Positions 1-7,600 of a stretch of DNA of 22,155 bases are shown piece after piece. This DNA is from a virus (Duplodnaviria > Heunggongvirae > Uroviricota > Caudoviricetes): the IMG/VR virus record IMGVR_UViG_3300050581_000228. One strand, given 5' to 3'. The first letter of the stretch is position 1. The number at the start of each line of letters is the position of its first letter. The translations under genes were made by a program, and so were the position numbers. The notes under the pieces are model-generated. The model was not told the DNA's origin, made no database searches, and saw only the letters and a list, made by a program, of their open reading frames with translations.

Positions 1-139
1 GCACCAACTGTTCGGCGCGCATGGGGTCCATCTCCCAAAAGTAGCCGACCGTCCTGGACGCGCACACAGGTCGCGGCCAGCGTCGGAGTTGCCCAAAGGT
101 GGCAATTCTAACGCCCAAAAGAAAAGGGAACAAGGCCAC
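1..139 (-). CDS. Possible hypothetical protein, 3'-truncated at the window edge (MALFPFLLGVRIATFGQLRRW...)
   Basis: GTG at 139, 8 nt after the stop of 147-560; frame open to the window edge; not in the ORF track. Confidence 0.3.
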   Translation of the reverse strand, partial: MALFPFLLGVRIATFGQLRRWPRPVCASRTVGYFWEMDPMRAEQLV

Positions 140-146
140 CCGATTG

Positions 147-560
147 CTACCGAACTTGGCTCACCGGCATGACCGCAGACTCTCTATCTGGGAAATCTGG
201 CTGGAGTTTAGCGACCCGAGCCTCGGCAGCATCTCTGGTAGGAAATTCCTCCAGAGTAGCCGGCTGGGCTGTCGCTGCCTGACCGGCCCATCGCTTGTAG
301 ATGAGGAATGGTCCGGCCTCCACGATCGCCTTACGAAAGCTGTTCAAGGTGGCGCAGCAGCCCGCTCCGAAGGCCGGGGCGACCTCGGATGTCGGCTGGC
401 CGACGATCCGGTCATAGATGCCGCAGAGCCAGCGGCCGGGGCGGGAAGGATCAGCAATCAGGTGGCGGCAGGAGCGATCGGTAGCGCTGGTCCGCTCGCC
501 CCAGCCGCAGGGCGCGTGGCGGCAGCAATAGCCGCAATTCACACACGGGGCAGCCTTCAT
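147..560 (-). CDS. Cys-cluster protein (CxxCGxCC N-terminus, YkgJ-like Zn/Fe-S binding motif)
   Basis: CVNCGYCCRHAPC...C...C...C...CC; ATGA overlap with the upstream gene. Confidence 0.75.
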   Translation of the reverse strand: MKAAPCVNCGYCCRHAPCGWGERTSATDRSCRHLIADPSRPGRWLCGIYDRIVGQPTSEVAPAFGAGCCATLNSFRKAIVEAGPFLIYKRWAGQAATAQPATLEEFPTRDAAEARVAKLQPDFPDRESAVMPVSQVR

Positions 561-838
561 TTCTTCTTTCTGGCTACTCTCTTGGCGGCCTTCTTCTGGA
601 CTTCTTCCATCTGTTCCTGCACCTTTTCCGTGAGCGCGCGAAGAGCCGTCATCAGGATTCTCGCATCGCTGATCGTCATCACGTTGTTCAGCCCACCAAC
701 GAAAATCTCTGCGTCCCGCCGAGTCCCTTGGGTGGATGTGACCTTGGCCAAAAGCTCACAAGAGGCATTCTTGTTTGGCTTCCGAAACGGTTTCGTTCTG
801 AGCATTACGCCATCGGTTATGGGTCGCACTTCGATCAT
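557..838 (-). CDS. Hypothetical protein, 93 aa, basic C-terminus
   Basis: ATG start 1 nt after the upstream stop; ATGA coupling downstream. Confidence 0.7.
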   Translation of the reverse strand: MIEVRPITDGVMLRTKPFRKPNKNASCELLAKVTSTQGTRRDAEIFVGGLNNVMTISDARILMTALRALTEKVQEQMEEVQKKAAKRVARKKK

Positions 839-839
839 G

Positions 840-1061
840 CTATGTCCTCGCTATCCTCCAAACTCCTGGTAAACCTACGTTCATGCAGGTCTCACAGAAG
901 CAATCATAGCATAAAACATTGCCGCGAATCGAAGGGGGGACCTGCCTCCATACATCGTCCGGGGCCACAAAATCATGGACCCGCCGGCCGCAATGCTTGC
1001 AGAAGGAGTCAAGCAGCACGAACCGCCGCAGCCGCATCGGCAAGCTGATAGAGTTCATCAT
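840..1061 (-). CDS. Small Zn-finger-like protein (CKHC...CYDC)
   Basis: Two CxxC pairs; collinear with neighbours. Confidence 0.65.
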   Translation of the reverse strand: MMNSISLPMRLRRFVLLDSFCKHCGRRVHDFVAPDDVWRQVPPSIRGNVLCYDCFCETCMNVGLPGVWRIART

Positions 1062-1193
1062 AGCGGGTCACGCCCTGCCCGTGCAGGAGAGGACGAACCT
1101 TCGCCTTGACCTCGGGCCAATGGCCATCCTCACGGAGCAATTCGCGGCTGATGGCGTCAGCGAGCCACAACCGTATCTAGGCACAGTTGCGTT

Positions 1194-2102
1194 TCACGCC
1201 GAGGCCAATTTCTTCGTGTCCGTCTGCCGCTTTCCTTGTTTCGCGCAGCGGTAGCAGATGTATGGATGCCCCTCCTCCTCATGGGCCTTGCGCTGCTTCC
1301 AAGAGACTTGGAACCTTCGACCGCACGTTAAGCACTCCCCCATGAACCGTTCTTCGGGACGGGGCGTTTGTCCAAACAGCTTGAAGACTCGGTGAACGAC
1401 GCCTTTGTAGAATGGTGTGCCGGCCATCGTCACGTGTCCAAGCTCATTGAGCCGTTCGGCAATCACGTCCAGCGGCACACCCTCTTGGTTCAATGGGCGA
1501 ATGATGTCCTCGAAAAGGTACTCGTAGGCTTCTTTCGCTCGCTGCGTGCGGGCAAGAGCGCTGGCGGCTGCCGCCTGCTTGAATCCCCGCAGGTGCTCGC
1601 GTCCTTTCCAGTGACCAGGACGAGCCGATCCAAGCAGCACGCCCTTTTCCTTGGCGATCGCCAGTCCCGCTTTGGTCCTCGCGGAAATGCGATTGGTTTC
1701 TTCCTCATCCATCATTGCGCGGAAGTGCGTTTCCGTCTTAGTTTGCTGAGGGCGATCGGCGCACATAAACTCGACTCCTGCCTCCATGAGATTGGCGACG
1801 AAAGCTACGTTCCTTGCAAGCCGATCCTGTTTACCTATTACCAGGACCGCCTTGTGCATCCGGCACATCCGAATCGCCCTTTGCAGTTGCTCGCGGCAGG
1901 CTTTTTTGTTCGTGCCGGTCTCGATTTCCTGAAACTCGGCAATGATCTTGGCACCGTGGTACTCGGCAATCTTGGCGACTTCTCGCCGCTGATCCTCCAG
2001 GCCGTAGGCATCCCGGATGGTCTGCTCTTTGTTCTTCCCCTTCTTCGGTTTCGACAGGCGGTAGTAGGCGACGATCTTGGTGATTACGCTAGTGACTGGC
2101 AT
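1194..2102 (-). CDS. Serine recombinase (resolvase/invertase catalytic domain, recombinase-type DNA-binding region, C-terminal Zn ribbon), about 302 aa
   Basis: IVAYYRLS catalytic Ser motif, EIETG, DRLARN, IAERLNELG..T..G..F motif, CLTC...CYRC tail. Start moved from 2276 to ATG 2102 (GAGGG RBS; promoter at 2145-2173 lies inside the longer ORF). Confidence 0.9.
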   Translation of the reverse strand: MPVTSVITKIVAYYRLSKPKKGKNKEQTIRDAYGLEDQRREVAKIAEYHGAKIIAEFQEIETGTNKKACREQLQRAIRMCRMHKAVLVIGKQDRLARNVAFVANLMEAGVEFMCADRPQQTKTETHFRAMMDEEETNRISARTKAGLAIAKEKGVLLGSARPGHWKGREHLRGFKQAAAASALARTQRAKEAYEYLFEDIIRPLNQEGVPLDVIAERLNELGHVTMAGTPFYKGVVHRVFKLFGQTPRPEERFMGECLTCGRRFQVSWKQRKAHEEEGHPYICYRCAKQGKRQTDTKKLASA

Positions 2103-2116
2103 GATTCTAACCCTCA

Positions 2117-2130
2117 ATGCTGGCGCGACT
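2117..2130 (-). promoter_or_regulatory. Degenerate operator copy in the recombinase 5' leader
   Basis: AGTCGCGCCAGCAT on the minus strand shares the core GCGCCAGCAT with the other copies. Confidence 0.6.
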
Positions 2131-2144
2131 GAACCTCTACCTAT

Positions 2145-2173
2145 AGAGTACACCCGCTGCACACGGTTGTCAA
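2145..2173 (-). promoter_or_regulatory. Sigma70-type promoter for the recombinase: TTGACA-17-TACTCT
   Basis: Perfect -35, 17-bp spacer, 42 bp upstream of ATG 2102. Confidence 0.7.
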
Positions 2174-2414
2174 ATGACTTCCTCTGAGAAACCATGCCGG
2201 TTGTGCCGAAAGTAGCGTCCTGAAGGCTGAAAATCGGCCTTCCGAGGGCAAATCCCGGCAGAACGGATTCGTACATCTCACCGACAAGGAGTCAGCGTGA
2301 ACTACCGTCATTGCCCCCGCTTGTGGAGGTCATGGTCGAGGCCGTCAATGGATTCGGCGTTACCTGCGTCGGGTCCGCGACACGTCCGCCGAATGACTCC
2401 CAGAGTGAAGCCGC

Positions 2415-2449
2415 AACGGGCTGTCCGTCCTGCAAACGGGCAGCCCGTT
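2415..2449. other. Intergenic hairpin with CCGT-N7-ACGG apex
   Basis: AACGGGCTG-T-CCGT-cctgcaa-ACGG-G-CAGCCCGTT, just after the stop of 2456-2887. Confidence 0.6.
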
Positions 2450-2455
2450 TATGTT

Positions 2456-2887
2456 TCAGCCATGCCGAAAATTGCCGCGCTGAAAGGCTTCCCAAGGCCA
2501 AGCTGCGTCCTCGTTGGAGGCTGGTTGGCGGGAACGATAGTATTCAAGAGCCGCCTTGGCTGCTTGACGCTTTGTCAGACCGTACTCGCTGGTGTCCGTC
2601 TGGTCGTAGCAAGAGCACTCATGCTTTTGATGGCCCACGCTGCCTGCAACTGATCGAAAGAAGCACTCGTGATGCAGGAGAGCGTTCTGGACCGGGCCAA
2701 TTGGCTCGCCGGGCAGAATCGGCTCGCCGCAGTGTTGGCAAACCGTCCCACCGGCATCCTCGTGAAAGACGTGACACCGGCCGCAGTAGCGATTGTCGAT
2801 GTCGTTGACGTTGAACGAACGCGAGCCGCAGCGATGGCACTGGATGAAAGCGTGCCCGTCCTGGACGCCGATCGTGTAGCTACTCAC
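2456..2887 (-). CDS. Cys/His-rich hypothetical protein, phage-type CxxCG..S.N..D....YCGxCH N-terminus
   Basis: CHRC, CGRCH, CQHC, CSC motifs; GTG start overlaps the upstream stop. Confidence 0.8.
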   Translation of the reverse strand: MSSYTIGVQDGHAFIQCHRCGSRSFNVNDIDNRYCGRCHVFHEDAGGTVCQHCGEPILPGEPIGPVQNALLHHECFFRSVAGSVGHQKHECSCYDQTDTSEYGLTKRQAAKAALEYYRSRQPASNEDAAWPWEAFQRGNFRHG

Positions 2888-3143
2888 CCTTGGTCTCCCA
2901 GTGCCGGCCGAAACACCTGACGCCGCCGGGAAGAAACGACATCAGGGCGATCGCGCGGGCCAAATCGTTGAAAGCCTGGACCGTTTTGCCTTCCTCTTTG
3001 TGCAAGACGTACTCCATCCGTTCAGCGAAACCAGGACTGATCTCGCCGATCATCCCCATTCGCTCATCTTCGGGCAGGCTGCGAAACTGGTGAATCCACA
3101 GCGGCACGGCGGTGTCCAAGCTATCTGTCAATAACGTCATCAT
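2880..3143 (-). CDS. Conserved-type phage hypothetical protein (AVPL...AFN.LA....L.F.PGGV..FG.H)
   Basis: RBS GAGGAAGG; motif recalled from phage hypotheticals (unverified). Confidence 0.8.
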   Translation of the reverse strand: MMTLLTDSLDTAVPLWIHQFRSLPEDERMGMIGEISPGFAERMEYVLHKEEGKTVQAFNDLARAIALMSFLPGGVRCFGRHWETKGE

Positions 3144-3195
3144 CAACCTTCCTCACTATGCCCTGCTGTCGAGCAATCACCGACCTCGGTGTCGA

Positions 3196-3495
3196 TCAGT
3201 ATCCTCGCTTTTCGATCAGGTCCATCGCTTGATTGAGCGTGTTCTTGGGCTTGATTTCGTCCAACTTCTTCGTCGCCGACGTGAACGGCTCCACGCTGAT
3301 TCTCAGTGGATCGCAGGGAATCCTCGCCGCAATGATCTGTCGCATCAGCCTGGCGATCTCGTGATCGTCGTAGGTCAACGGACCATCGGCCGTGCCAAGC
3401 CACGTATTCGTCTCCGTGTCGAGCAGACCGAAGCGTTTTGGCTGCTCAAGCGTCCCCGGCATCAGGTCTTCTCGGCCCAGAAGTGCTTCGCTCAT
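3196..3495 (-). CDS. Hypothetical protein, about 99 aa (MSEALLGREDL...)
   Basis: In-frame ATG at 3495 avoids overlap with 3546-3794; protein-like composition. Confidence 0.7.
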   Translation of the reverse strand: MSEALLGREDLMPGTLEQPKRFGLLDTETNTWLGTADGPLTYDDHEIARLMRQIIAARIPCDPLRISVEPFTSATKKLDEIKPKNTLNQAMDLIEKRGY

Positions 3496-3531
3496 CAGGC
3501 AGCCTCGTGGTTGATCCCGAGAACCATCCTC

Positions 3532-3580
3532 TGGGAATTGCCGCGTCAGACCTTCTCTCTGTTCCGCCCCAAAAAACTGC
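3532..3580. repeat. 49-bp imperfect direct repeat, copy 1
   Basis: 40/49 identical to 4371-4419; first 18 bp (TGGGAATTGCCGCGTCAG) exact. Confidence 0.85.
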
Positions 3581-3794
3581 GACGGACTTGGCAGGGTGCC
3601 CGACACTCGACCAAGGCGTCGAAGTTGCTCACCGCCCCGCCTTCGTGATTGAGGTTGATGGGCAGAACCTTCAACTTCGACCAGGCTTCGTCGTCCATGA
3701 TCTCCTGGAGGCCGTTGCCCAACATCACGTCACGCTCTCCGACGATGATCCCGTAGTACCCGTCGCCCGTCTGCACCAAGTCGCCGACTCTCAT
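3546..3794 (-). CDS. Hypothetical protein, 82 aa (MRVGDLVQ..., SH3/KOW-like start)
   Basis: Strong RBS GAGGAGGGAG; ATGA overlap with 3791-4009. Confidence 0.7.
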   Translation of the reverse strand: MRVGDLVQTGDGYYGIIVGERDVMLGNGLQEIMDDEAWSKLKVLPINLNHEGGAVSNFDALVECRAPCQVRRSFLGRNREKV

Positions 3795-4009
3795 ACTCCC
3801 TCCTCGACGCCCGGATCGTCCACCACCCAACCACGATTGGCGATGAGGAGCCGTTTGACCCTGATGTTCCTGGCCTGGAAATACCGATGACCACGGAGGC
3901 CGTAGCACTCGTAGACGCCACGGTATCGCGTCGTCTTGATCCGCGCCCGACCGAGGATTCGGTCAGGGTAGGCTGTGGCGGGTGTTCGCCAGGTCGTCAG
4001 GGTGAGCAT
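3791..4009 (-). CDS. Hypothetical basic protein, 72 aa
   Basis: RBS GAGGGAG; first gene after the promoter at 4037-4065. Confidence 0.7.
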   Translation of the reverse strand: MLTLTTWRTPATAYPDRILGRARIKTTRYRGVYECYGLRGHRYFQARNIRVKRLLIANRGWVVDDPGVEEGV

Positions 4010-4036
4010 GTCTCCCTCGAATCAGCAAAAATGCTG

Positions 4037-4074
4037 ATTCTACCCTTGTGCTGGCGCAACGTCAAGTTTAGTAT
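4037..4074. promoter_or_regulatory. Overlapping divergent promoters sharing one operator (4048-4062): leftward TTGACG-17-TAGAAT (4065-4037), rightward TTGTGC-17-TAGTAT (4046-4074)
   Basis: Both have 17-bp spacers; a small hairpin ATCAGCA-aaaa-TGCTGAT (4021-4038) sits at the leftward start. Confidence 0.7.
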
Positions 4075-4080
4075 GACGGC

Positions 4081-4302
4081 ATGAACGGCCTCGATCTCTA
4101 TGTCGTCTACCGGAACCCAAGCGACTTTCCCGGCCAGTACGTCGTTCGCCGGCAAGTGGCTGGGCCGGGCGTGATCTTCAAGGATGCCCGGCCGCTTGCC
4201 GTTGGCAACCTGGCGGCGGTGCGGGCCGCGCTGCCGACCGGGCTGGTCCGGCTCGATCGTGATCCGAACGACGACCCGTGCATCTTCGAGGTCTGGGTGT
4301 GA
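4081..4302 (+). CDS. Conserved-type phage hypothetical protein (Y.NP.DFP..YVVRR...LP.GL....R...DDP.I.E.W); probably leaderless
   Basis: Motif recalled from phage hypotheticals; no SD; ATG 6 nt after the -10 box. Confidence 0.8.
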   Translation: MNGLDLYVVYRNPSDFPGQYVVRRQVAGPGVIFKDARPLAVGNLAAVRAALPTGLVRLDRDPNDDPCIFEVWV

Positions 4303-4370
4303 GCCAGGCACGCATCCTTGCGTCAGGGAGGACGAATCAAGGCAGCACTGCATCCTGTGAGGCTGTCCCC

Positions 4371-4419
4371 TGGGAATTGCCGCGTCAGTCCCTCTTCATG
4401 TGCCGGCCAAGAAAACTGC
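4371..4419. repeat. 49-bp imperfect direct repeat, copy 2
   Basis: See 3532-3580. Confidence 0.85.
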
Positions 4420-4492
4420 TGTTGTGTGACTGACGCGGCGAACCTCGACGCGGACCCAGGGGACGCTCGATAGGGCCGCGCGGCCCTCCGGC

Positions 4493-4512
4493 CCGCACAA
4501 TCCCTACAATCG
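4493..4512. repeat. Left arm of a long-range inverted repeat
   Basis: Reverse complement CGATTGTAGGGATTGTGCGG matches 9440-9459 at 19/20. Confidence 0.75.
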
Positions 4513-4931
4513 CTACATTTGACCCCACCCGGATGTCCGCTACATCAGATTCGATAGAAGCGCTGCAACCGTTACTCAGAGTTGAGGTTGCGCTAGCTTT
4601 GTTGTGCATCGGTGCTGCCAGTACCTCACCCCGCAAACCTTTCCCGCCTTGCCCCGCCTGACTCTTGCTGGCATGGTGCGAAGTAGCTTTGCTGGCAACG
4701 GGTTAGCTTCTCTTGTGGTTGCGGAGACTTCCCCGCCTTTGCTTCCCGCCTTGCTGCCCCGTTGCCAGATTGGCCCATAGGCCGATATGCCGATACCCTT
4801 TGCCCCGCCTTGCTTTGCGAAGACGAGGGGCGGGGACCGTCGATCCAGGGTGGGATTGCAGGGGTGGAAGCGGAGGTATTGGACCCTCCGCCGGCTCTTC
4901 TTGCTCCGAGAGTAAGGGTCGAATCGACGCG

Positions 4932-4985
4932 GCGCGGTTAGATGTCAAACTCTAACCGCGCGCGGGGCGCGTCTAACCGCGCGCG
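4932..4985. repeat. TCTAACCGCGC triad: inverted pair (4932-4942/4951-4961, 8-nt spacer) plus a direct copy (4972-4982)
   Basis: Read directly; the two direct copies share TCTAACCGCGCGCG. Confidence 0.85.
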
Positions 4986-5001
4986 TTACTTGCCGCCCTA
5001 G

Positions 5002-5088
5002 CCCTACTTTAGTTAATAGTTATTTTCTATTACTACTACTACCACTACATCAGCAAAATAGAGAGTAAAACATATAGGTAAAGTAGGG
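5002..5088. other. AT-rich core (about 26% GC over 5005-5085) bounded by a 10-bp inverted repeat CCCTACTTTA/TAAAGTAGGG; candidate origin/terminus element
   Basis: Hand count of 21 G+C in 81 nt within a GC-rich window; non-coding; TAC tandem repeats. Confidence 0.55.
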
Positions 5089-5191
5089 GGCACACTCCGA
5101 TTAACTCGTCTCCCTTGCTGCCCGTTCCAACTCTGCCCCTTCCTTGCTGCCCGCTACGTCGAACCCTTGCGGTCGATAGCCCCCCTCTTCT

Positions 5192-5206
5192 ATGCTGGCG
5201 CAACTC
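5192..5206 (-). promoter_or_regulatory. Operator copy without an obvious promoter
   Basis: ATGCTGGCGCAACTC (13/15), inverted relative to the copy at 5267-5281, 60 bp away. Confidence 0.65.
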
Positions 5207-5263
5207 CGCCATTACAATCGGCCTAGCGGGATCGCCCTAGTCTCGAATTCGCGGGTTTTCTAG

Positions 5264-5292
5264 TTGACGTTGCGCCAGCATCGACGTATCAT
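5264..5292 (+). promoter_or_regulatory. Operator-containing promoter TTGACG-17-TATCAT driving the plus-strand block
   Basis: TTGACGTTGCGCCAGCATCGACGTATCAT; operator at 5267-5281. Confidence 0.8.
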
Positions 5293-5313
5293 TTAGGTAG
5301 AAGGGAAACAAAC

Positions 5314-5478
5314 GTGGAATACGCGAACCGCCTTATCATCGAAACCGCCCGCAAGACCGTGGAGGTTTGCTTGCGGCACCCTTTGACCCTTGCGGAAGTC
5401 TATTACCATTTCGTGGCGCGCGGCAAACGCCCCGCTATGGCTTCTCTTTCGGCAGGGGTGGCGCGCGTTACCTTCTGA
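5314..5478 (+). CDS. Hypothetical protein, 54 aa (MEYANRLIIETARK...)
   Basis: GTG start with AAGGGA RBS, first ORF after the promoter; below the ORF-track cutoff. Confidence 0.6.
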   Translation: MEYANRLIIETARKTVEVCLRHPLTLAEVYYHFVARGKRPAMASLSAGVARVTF

Positions 5479-5505
5479 CACCACTAGCACCCGGAGACCG
5501 CAACC

Positions 5506-5823
5506 ATGATTAAATGTCTCTTGCTTCTGCCGACAAACTACAATGACGGGTCTCCCGTCGAATCGGGCAAGGTAGACTCTTGCCTTGACCGTGTGGATTC
5601 TCTCATCGGCGGCCATACCGTAGACGGCCTATGCGAAGGGGTCTACCGTATGGCCGATGGTTCCTACGCAAGGGACCGAAACCTAAAGGTTTGGGCTTGC
5701 GTCGATGAATCCGCGCTCCCCGCCCTGCGCAGACTGGCGGGAGACTTCGCGGTCGAATTGGGCCAAGAGTCTATCTATTTCGAGCAAACCGCTACCACGG
5801 TCGAATTCGTCAAGGGGCAATGA
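5506..5823 (+). CDS. Hypothetical protein, possibly PII-like/DUF3574-like fold
   Basis: LLP..YNDG...GG.T....G.Y...DG....D...LA......L.QE.IY pattern (recalled, unverified); RBS GGAGACCGCAACC. Confidence 0.8.
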   Translation: MIKCLLLLPTNYNDGSPVESGKVDSCLDRVDSLIGGHTVDGLCEGVYRMADGSYARDRNLKVWACVDESALPALRRLAGDFAVELGQESIYFEQTATTVEFVKGQ

Positions 5824-5830
5824 CAACCAC

Positions 5831-5888
5831 GGGCAGGGATTGCCCGTTTCCATCCCGTCAAGTAAACGGGGCGGAAACCGACAATCCC
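5831..5888 (+). repeat. Intergenic hairpin unit 1
   Basis: GGGCAGGGATTGCCCG start; GGGATTG/CAATCCC base; CCCGT-caagtaa-ACGGG apex. Confidence 0.8.
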
Positions 5889-5906
5889 GCAACGGAGACA
5901 ACCACC

Positions 5907-6107
5907 ATGAAAACCTTCGCCGTAGCTTGCTGCCTTGACGGGGTGTTTTTCGTTTGGAATTGGGATGATTGCGGGTGGGTTTCGGTTTGCGAGAATTGGG
6001 CCGAAACCCTGCCCCGCGCTTCCCGTATGCCGCTAGGCAAGGCGCAAACCTTGCTGGCGCGCCTTGCCCGTCAATTCCCTTGCTGCCCCTCTTTCCTGAT
6101 TGCATAG
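5907..6107 (+). CDS. Hypothetical protein, 66 aa
   Basis: RBS GGAGACAACCACC; ATG at 5907. Confidence 0.7.
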   Translation: MKTFAVACCLDGVFFVWNWDDCGWVSVCENWAETLPRASRMPLGKAQTLLARLARQFPCCPSFLIA

Positions 6108-6116
6108 GGAGCAACC

Positions 6117-6308
6117 ATGTACCGCGCTATCCTGATTCTCTTACTACTGACAACCCCCGCGCTTGCCGACAACCCGCCCCGCTATCACAAGGGCGGGGCA
6201 ACGGTTGCCCGGTTTCACGCAAGCAACCCGAAACCCGTCAAGCAACCGAAACCGAAACCGTCAACCGACCATATCCACTACGTTATCCGATCTTACCACG
6301 TGAAGTAG
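6117..6308 (+). CDS. Small secreted protein, signal peptide followed by DNPPRYH
   Basis: MYRAILILLLLTTPALA-D; paralogous to 9087-9398; RBS GGGAG. Confidence 0.75.
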   Translation: MYRAILILLLLTTPALADNPPRYHKGGATVARFHASNPKPVKQPKPKPSTDHIHYVIRSYHVK

Positions 6309-6347
6309 CCCGCAAGGGATAACCTTTTCACCATTGGAGCAATCACG

Positions 6348-6593
6348 ATGAAGAAGCAACCCCTATTCGACGTGTCTCGTTTCAACCACCTTGCCGACAA
6401 GTACAACATCCCTTGGATTGATCGGATTCCCCTCATCGAAACCGTTTGCTGGGGTAGCAAGGGATGGATTGACGCCGAACTAGCCCGCAAACTGCGCGGC
6501 CGATGGAATGGTTTTCGGCGCAACGGCCAGTACGGGGCGTTTATGGGCGAAGTTATGCGGGCAATCAATTCCCGCGCTTGCGCGGCCGCATAG
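6348..6593 (+). CDS. Hypothetical protein, 81 aa
   Basis: RBS GGAG; collinear. Confidence 0.75.
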   Translation: MKKQPLFDVSRFNHLADKYNIPWIDRIPLIETVCWGSKGWIDAELARKLRGRWNGFRRNGQYGAFMGEVMRAINSRACAAA

Positions 6594-6600
6594 CGGCAAC

Positions 6601-6655
6601 GGGCATGGATTGCCCGATTAGCTCCCGTTGCACGGGGAGCTAATCGGCTAATCCA
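6601..6655 (+). repeat. Intergenic hairpin unit 2
   Basis: TGGATT/AATCCA base (compensatory change); 13-bp perfect stem CCGATTAGCTCCC/GGGAGCTAATCGG. Confidence 0.85.
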
Positions 6656-6689
6656 CAACCACGTTTCACAACAGAGAGGAGCTAGTTCT

Positions 6690-6890
6690 ATGTGCCGCAA
6701 CCGATCCGGCGTAGAGGCAAACCTGCGCGTTTACTACCCGGATGTTTCCATTGTGGACAACGGGGACCACAAGAGCGCGGAATTCGGGGGTGAATTGCCC
6801 CGTAGTTTCGTCGAATCCCTACGGGCAGTCGGGGCAGAGGTTCTGCGCTATTCTCATCGGGGCGTAGTCTCTACCGTTGTCAACTACTGA
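6690..6890 (+). CDS. Hypothetical protein, 66 aa
   Basis: RBS GAGAGGAG; follows hairpin unit 2. Confidence 0.75.
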   Translation: MCRNRSGVEANLRVYYPDVSIVDNGDHKSAEFGGELPRSFVESLRAVGAEVLRYSHRGVVSTVVNY

Positions 6891-6925
6891 CCCGCAACCA
6901 GAAGAGCAACCGGGAGACCGCAACC

Positions 6926-7105
6926 ATGACCCGTAAGTATCTGAGAGTGATTGCCGGCGCGATTGCCGGCATTGCCGACGATTGCGCCCGCTATGCGGCC
7001 GCGCTCGCGCTTGCCGATGAATTGCGCTACCACAACCCGCGCTTTGACCGTTGCCGTTTTCTACTTGCTTGCAAGGCGGTAGACGTAGACGACCCGCGCC
7101 GCTAG
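6926..7105 (+). CDS. Small phage-type protein, 59 aa, NPRFDR.RFL.AC motif
   Basis: MTRKYLRVIAGAIAG...LADELRYHNPRFDRCRFLLACK; RBS GGAGACCGCAACC; missed by the ORF track. Confidence 0.8.
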   Translation: MTRKYLRVIAGAIAGIADDCARYAAALALADELRYHNPRFDRCRFLLACKAVDVDDPRR

Positions 7106-7114
7106 GCGCGGATA

Positions 7115-7172
7115 GGGCAGGGATTGCCCGATTAGCTCCCGTTCACTTGACGGAAGCTAATCAGACAATCCC
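7115..7172 (+). repeat. Intergenic hairpin unit 3
   Basis: GGGATTG/CAATCCC base, GATTAGCT/AGCTAATC stem, CCGT-tcacttg-ACGG apex. Confidence 0.85.
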
Positions 7173-7185
7173 GGAGACCGCAACC

Positions 7186-7356
7186 ATGATTAGACCTATC
7201 ACGATTCGGGGAAACCTAGCCCTATGGTATTCGCCCGATGAACGGGGCTATTACTGGCAAGACGGGCGGGGGTGGGGCAATAGGGTTAGCAGACTCTATC
7301 GGACGAAAGAGGGAGCTATTCGCGCGTATCGCAAGGGGACAATCAGACTTCGCTAG
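7186..7356 (+). CDS. Hypothetical protein, 56 aa
   Basis: RBS GGAGACCGCAACC at 7173-7185. Confidence 0.75.
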   Translation: MIRPITIRGNLALWYSPDERGYYWQDGRGWGNRVSRLYRTKEGAIRAYRKGTIRLR

Positions 7357-7365
7357 GGAGCTATC

Positions 7366-7584
7366 ATGTTCAAATTCAAGGACCGCTATAACCTTGACGT
7401 GGAAACCCCGAAAGAGGTTCCCGTCATTCTGGAAAACGTCGCCCAATACTACCGCGAATCACAAGGCGAATTGGAAAGCGCTTGGCAAGACAAGAGCGCG
7501 GGGAAAGTATGGGAAGACTTCGCGCGGATACTTGACCGCGCGGCCGAATCATGCCGCAAGGCGATTGCCAAGAGACTGCCATAG
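7366..7584 (+). CDS. Hypothetical protein, 72 aa
   Basis: RBS GGGAG; helical protein-like sequence. Confidence 0.8.
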   Translation: MFKFKDRYNLDVETPKEVPVILENVAQYYRESQGELESAWQDKSAGKVWEDFARILDRAAESCRKAIAKRLP

Positions 7585-7600
7585 CAAGGGAACAACCACC

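Noticed and set aside
1009-1197. GTG-initiated frame with an in-frame TAG at codon 7 (possible recoding or pseudogene)
   Set aside because: TAG is used as a normal stop by many well-supported genes here, and the frame overlaps 840-1061; no support for readthrough.
2104-2133. TTCAGT-18-TAGAAT as the recombinase promoter
   Set aside because: The -10 box is only 1 nt from the ATG, so the transcript would not include the start codon.
2103-2276. 58-aa N-terminal extension of the recombinase given by the ORF track
   Set aside because: It contains a TTGACA-17-TACTCT promoter, an operator and an SD before ATG 2102; the catalytic domain begins right after 2102.
99-4955. Long plus-strand track ORFs such as 99-872, 1368-2132, 3112-3648 and 4713-4955
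   Set aside because: Antisense shadows of better-supported minus-strand genes, or low-complexity non-coding DNA; no RBS and an Arg/Pro/Ala-rich frame-shift composition.
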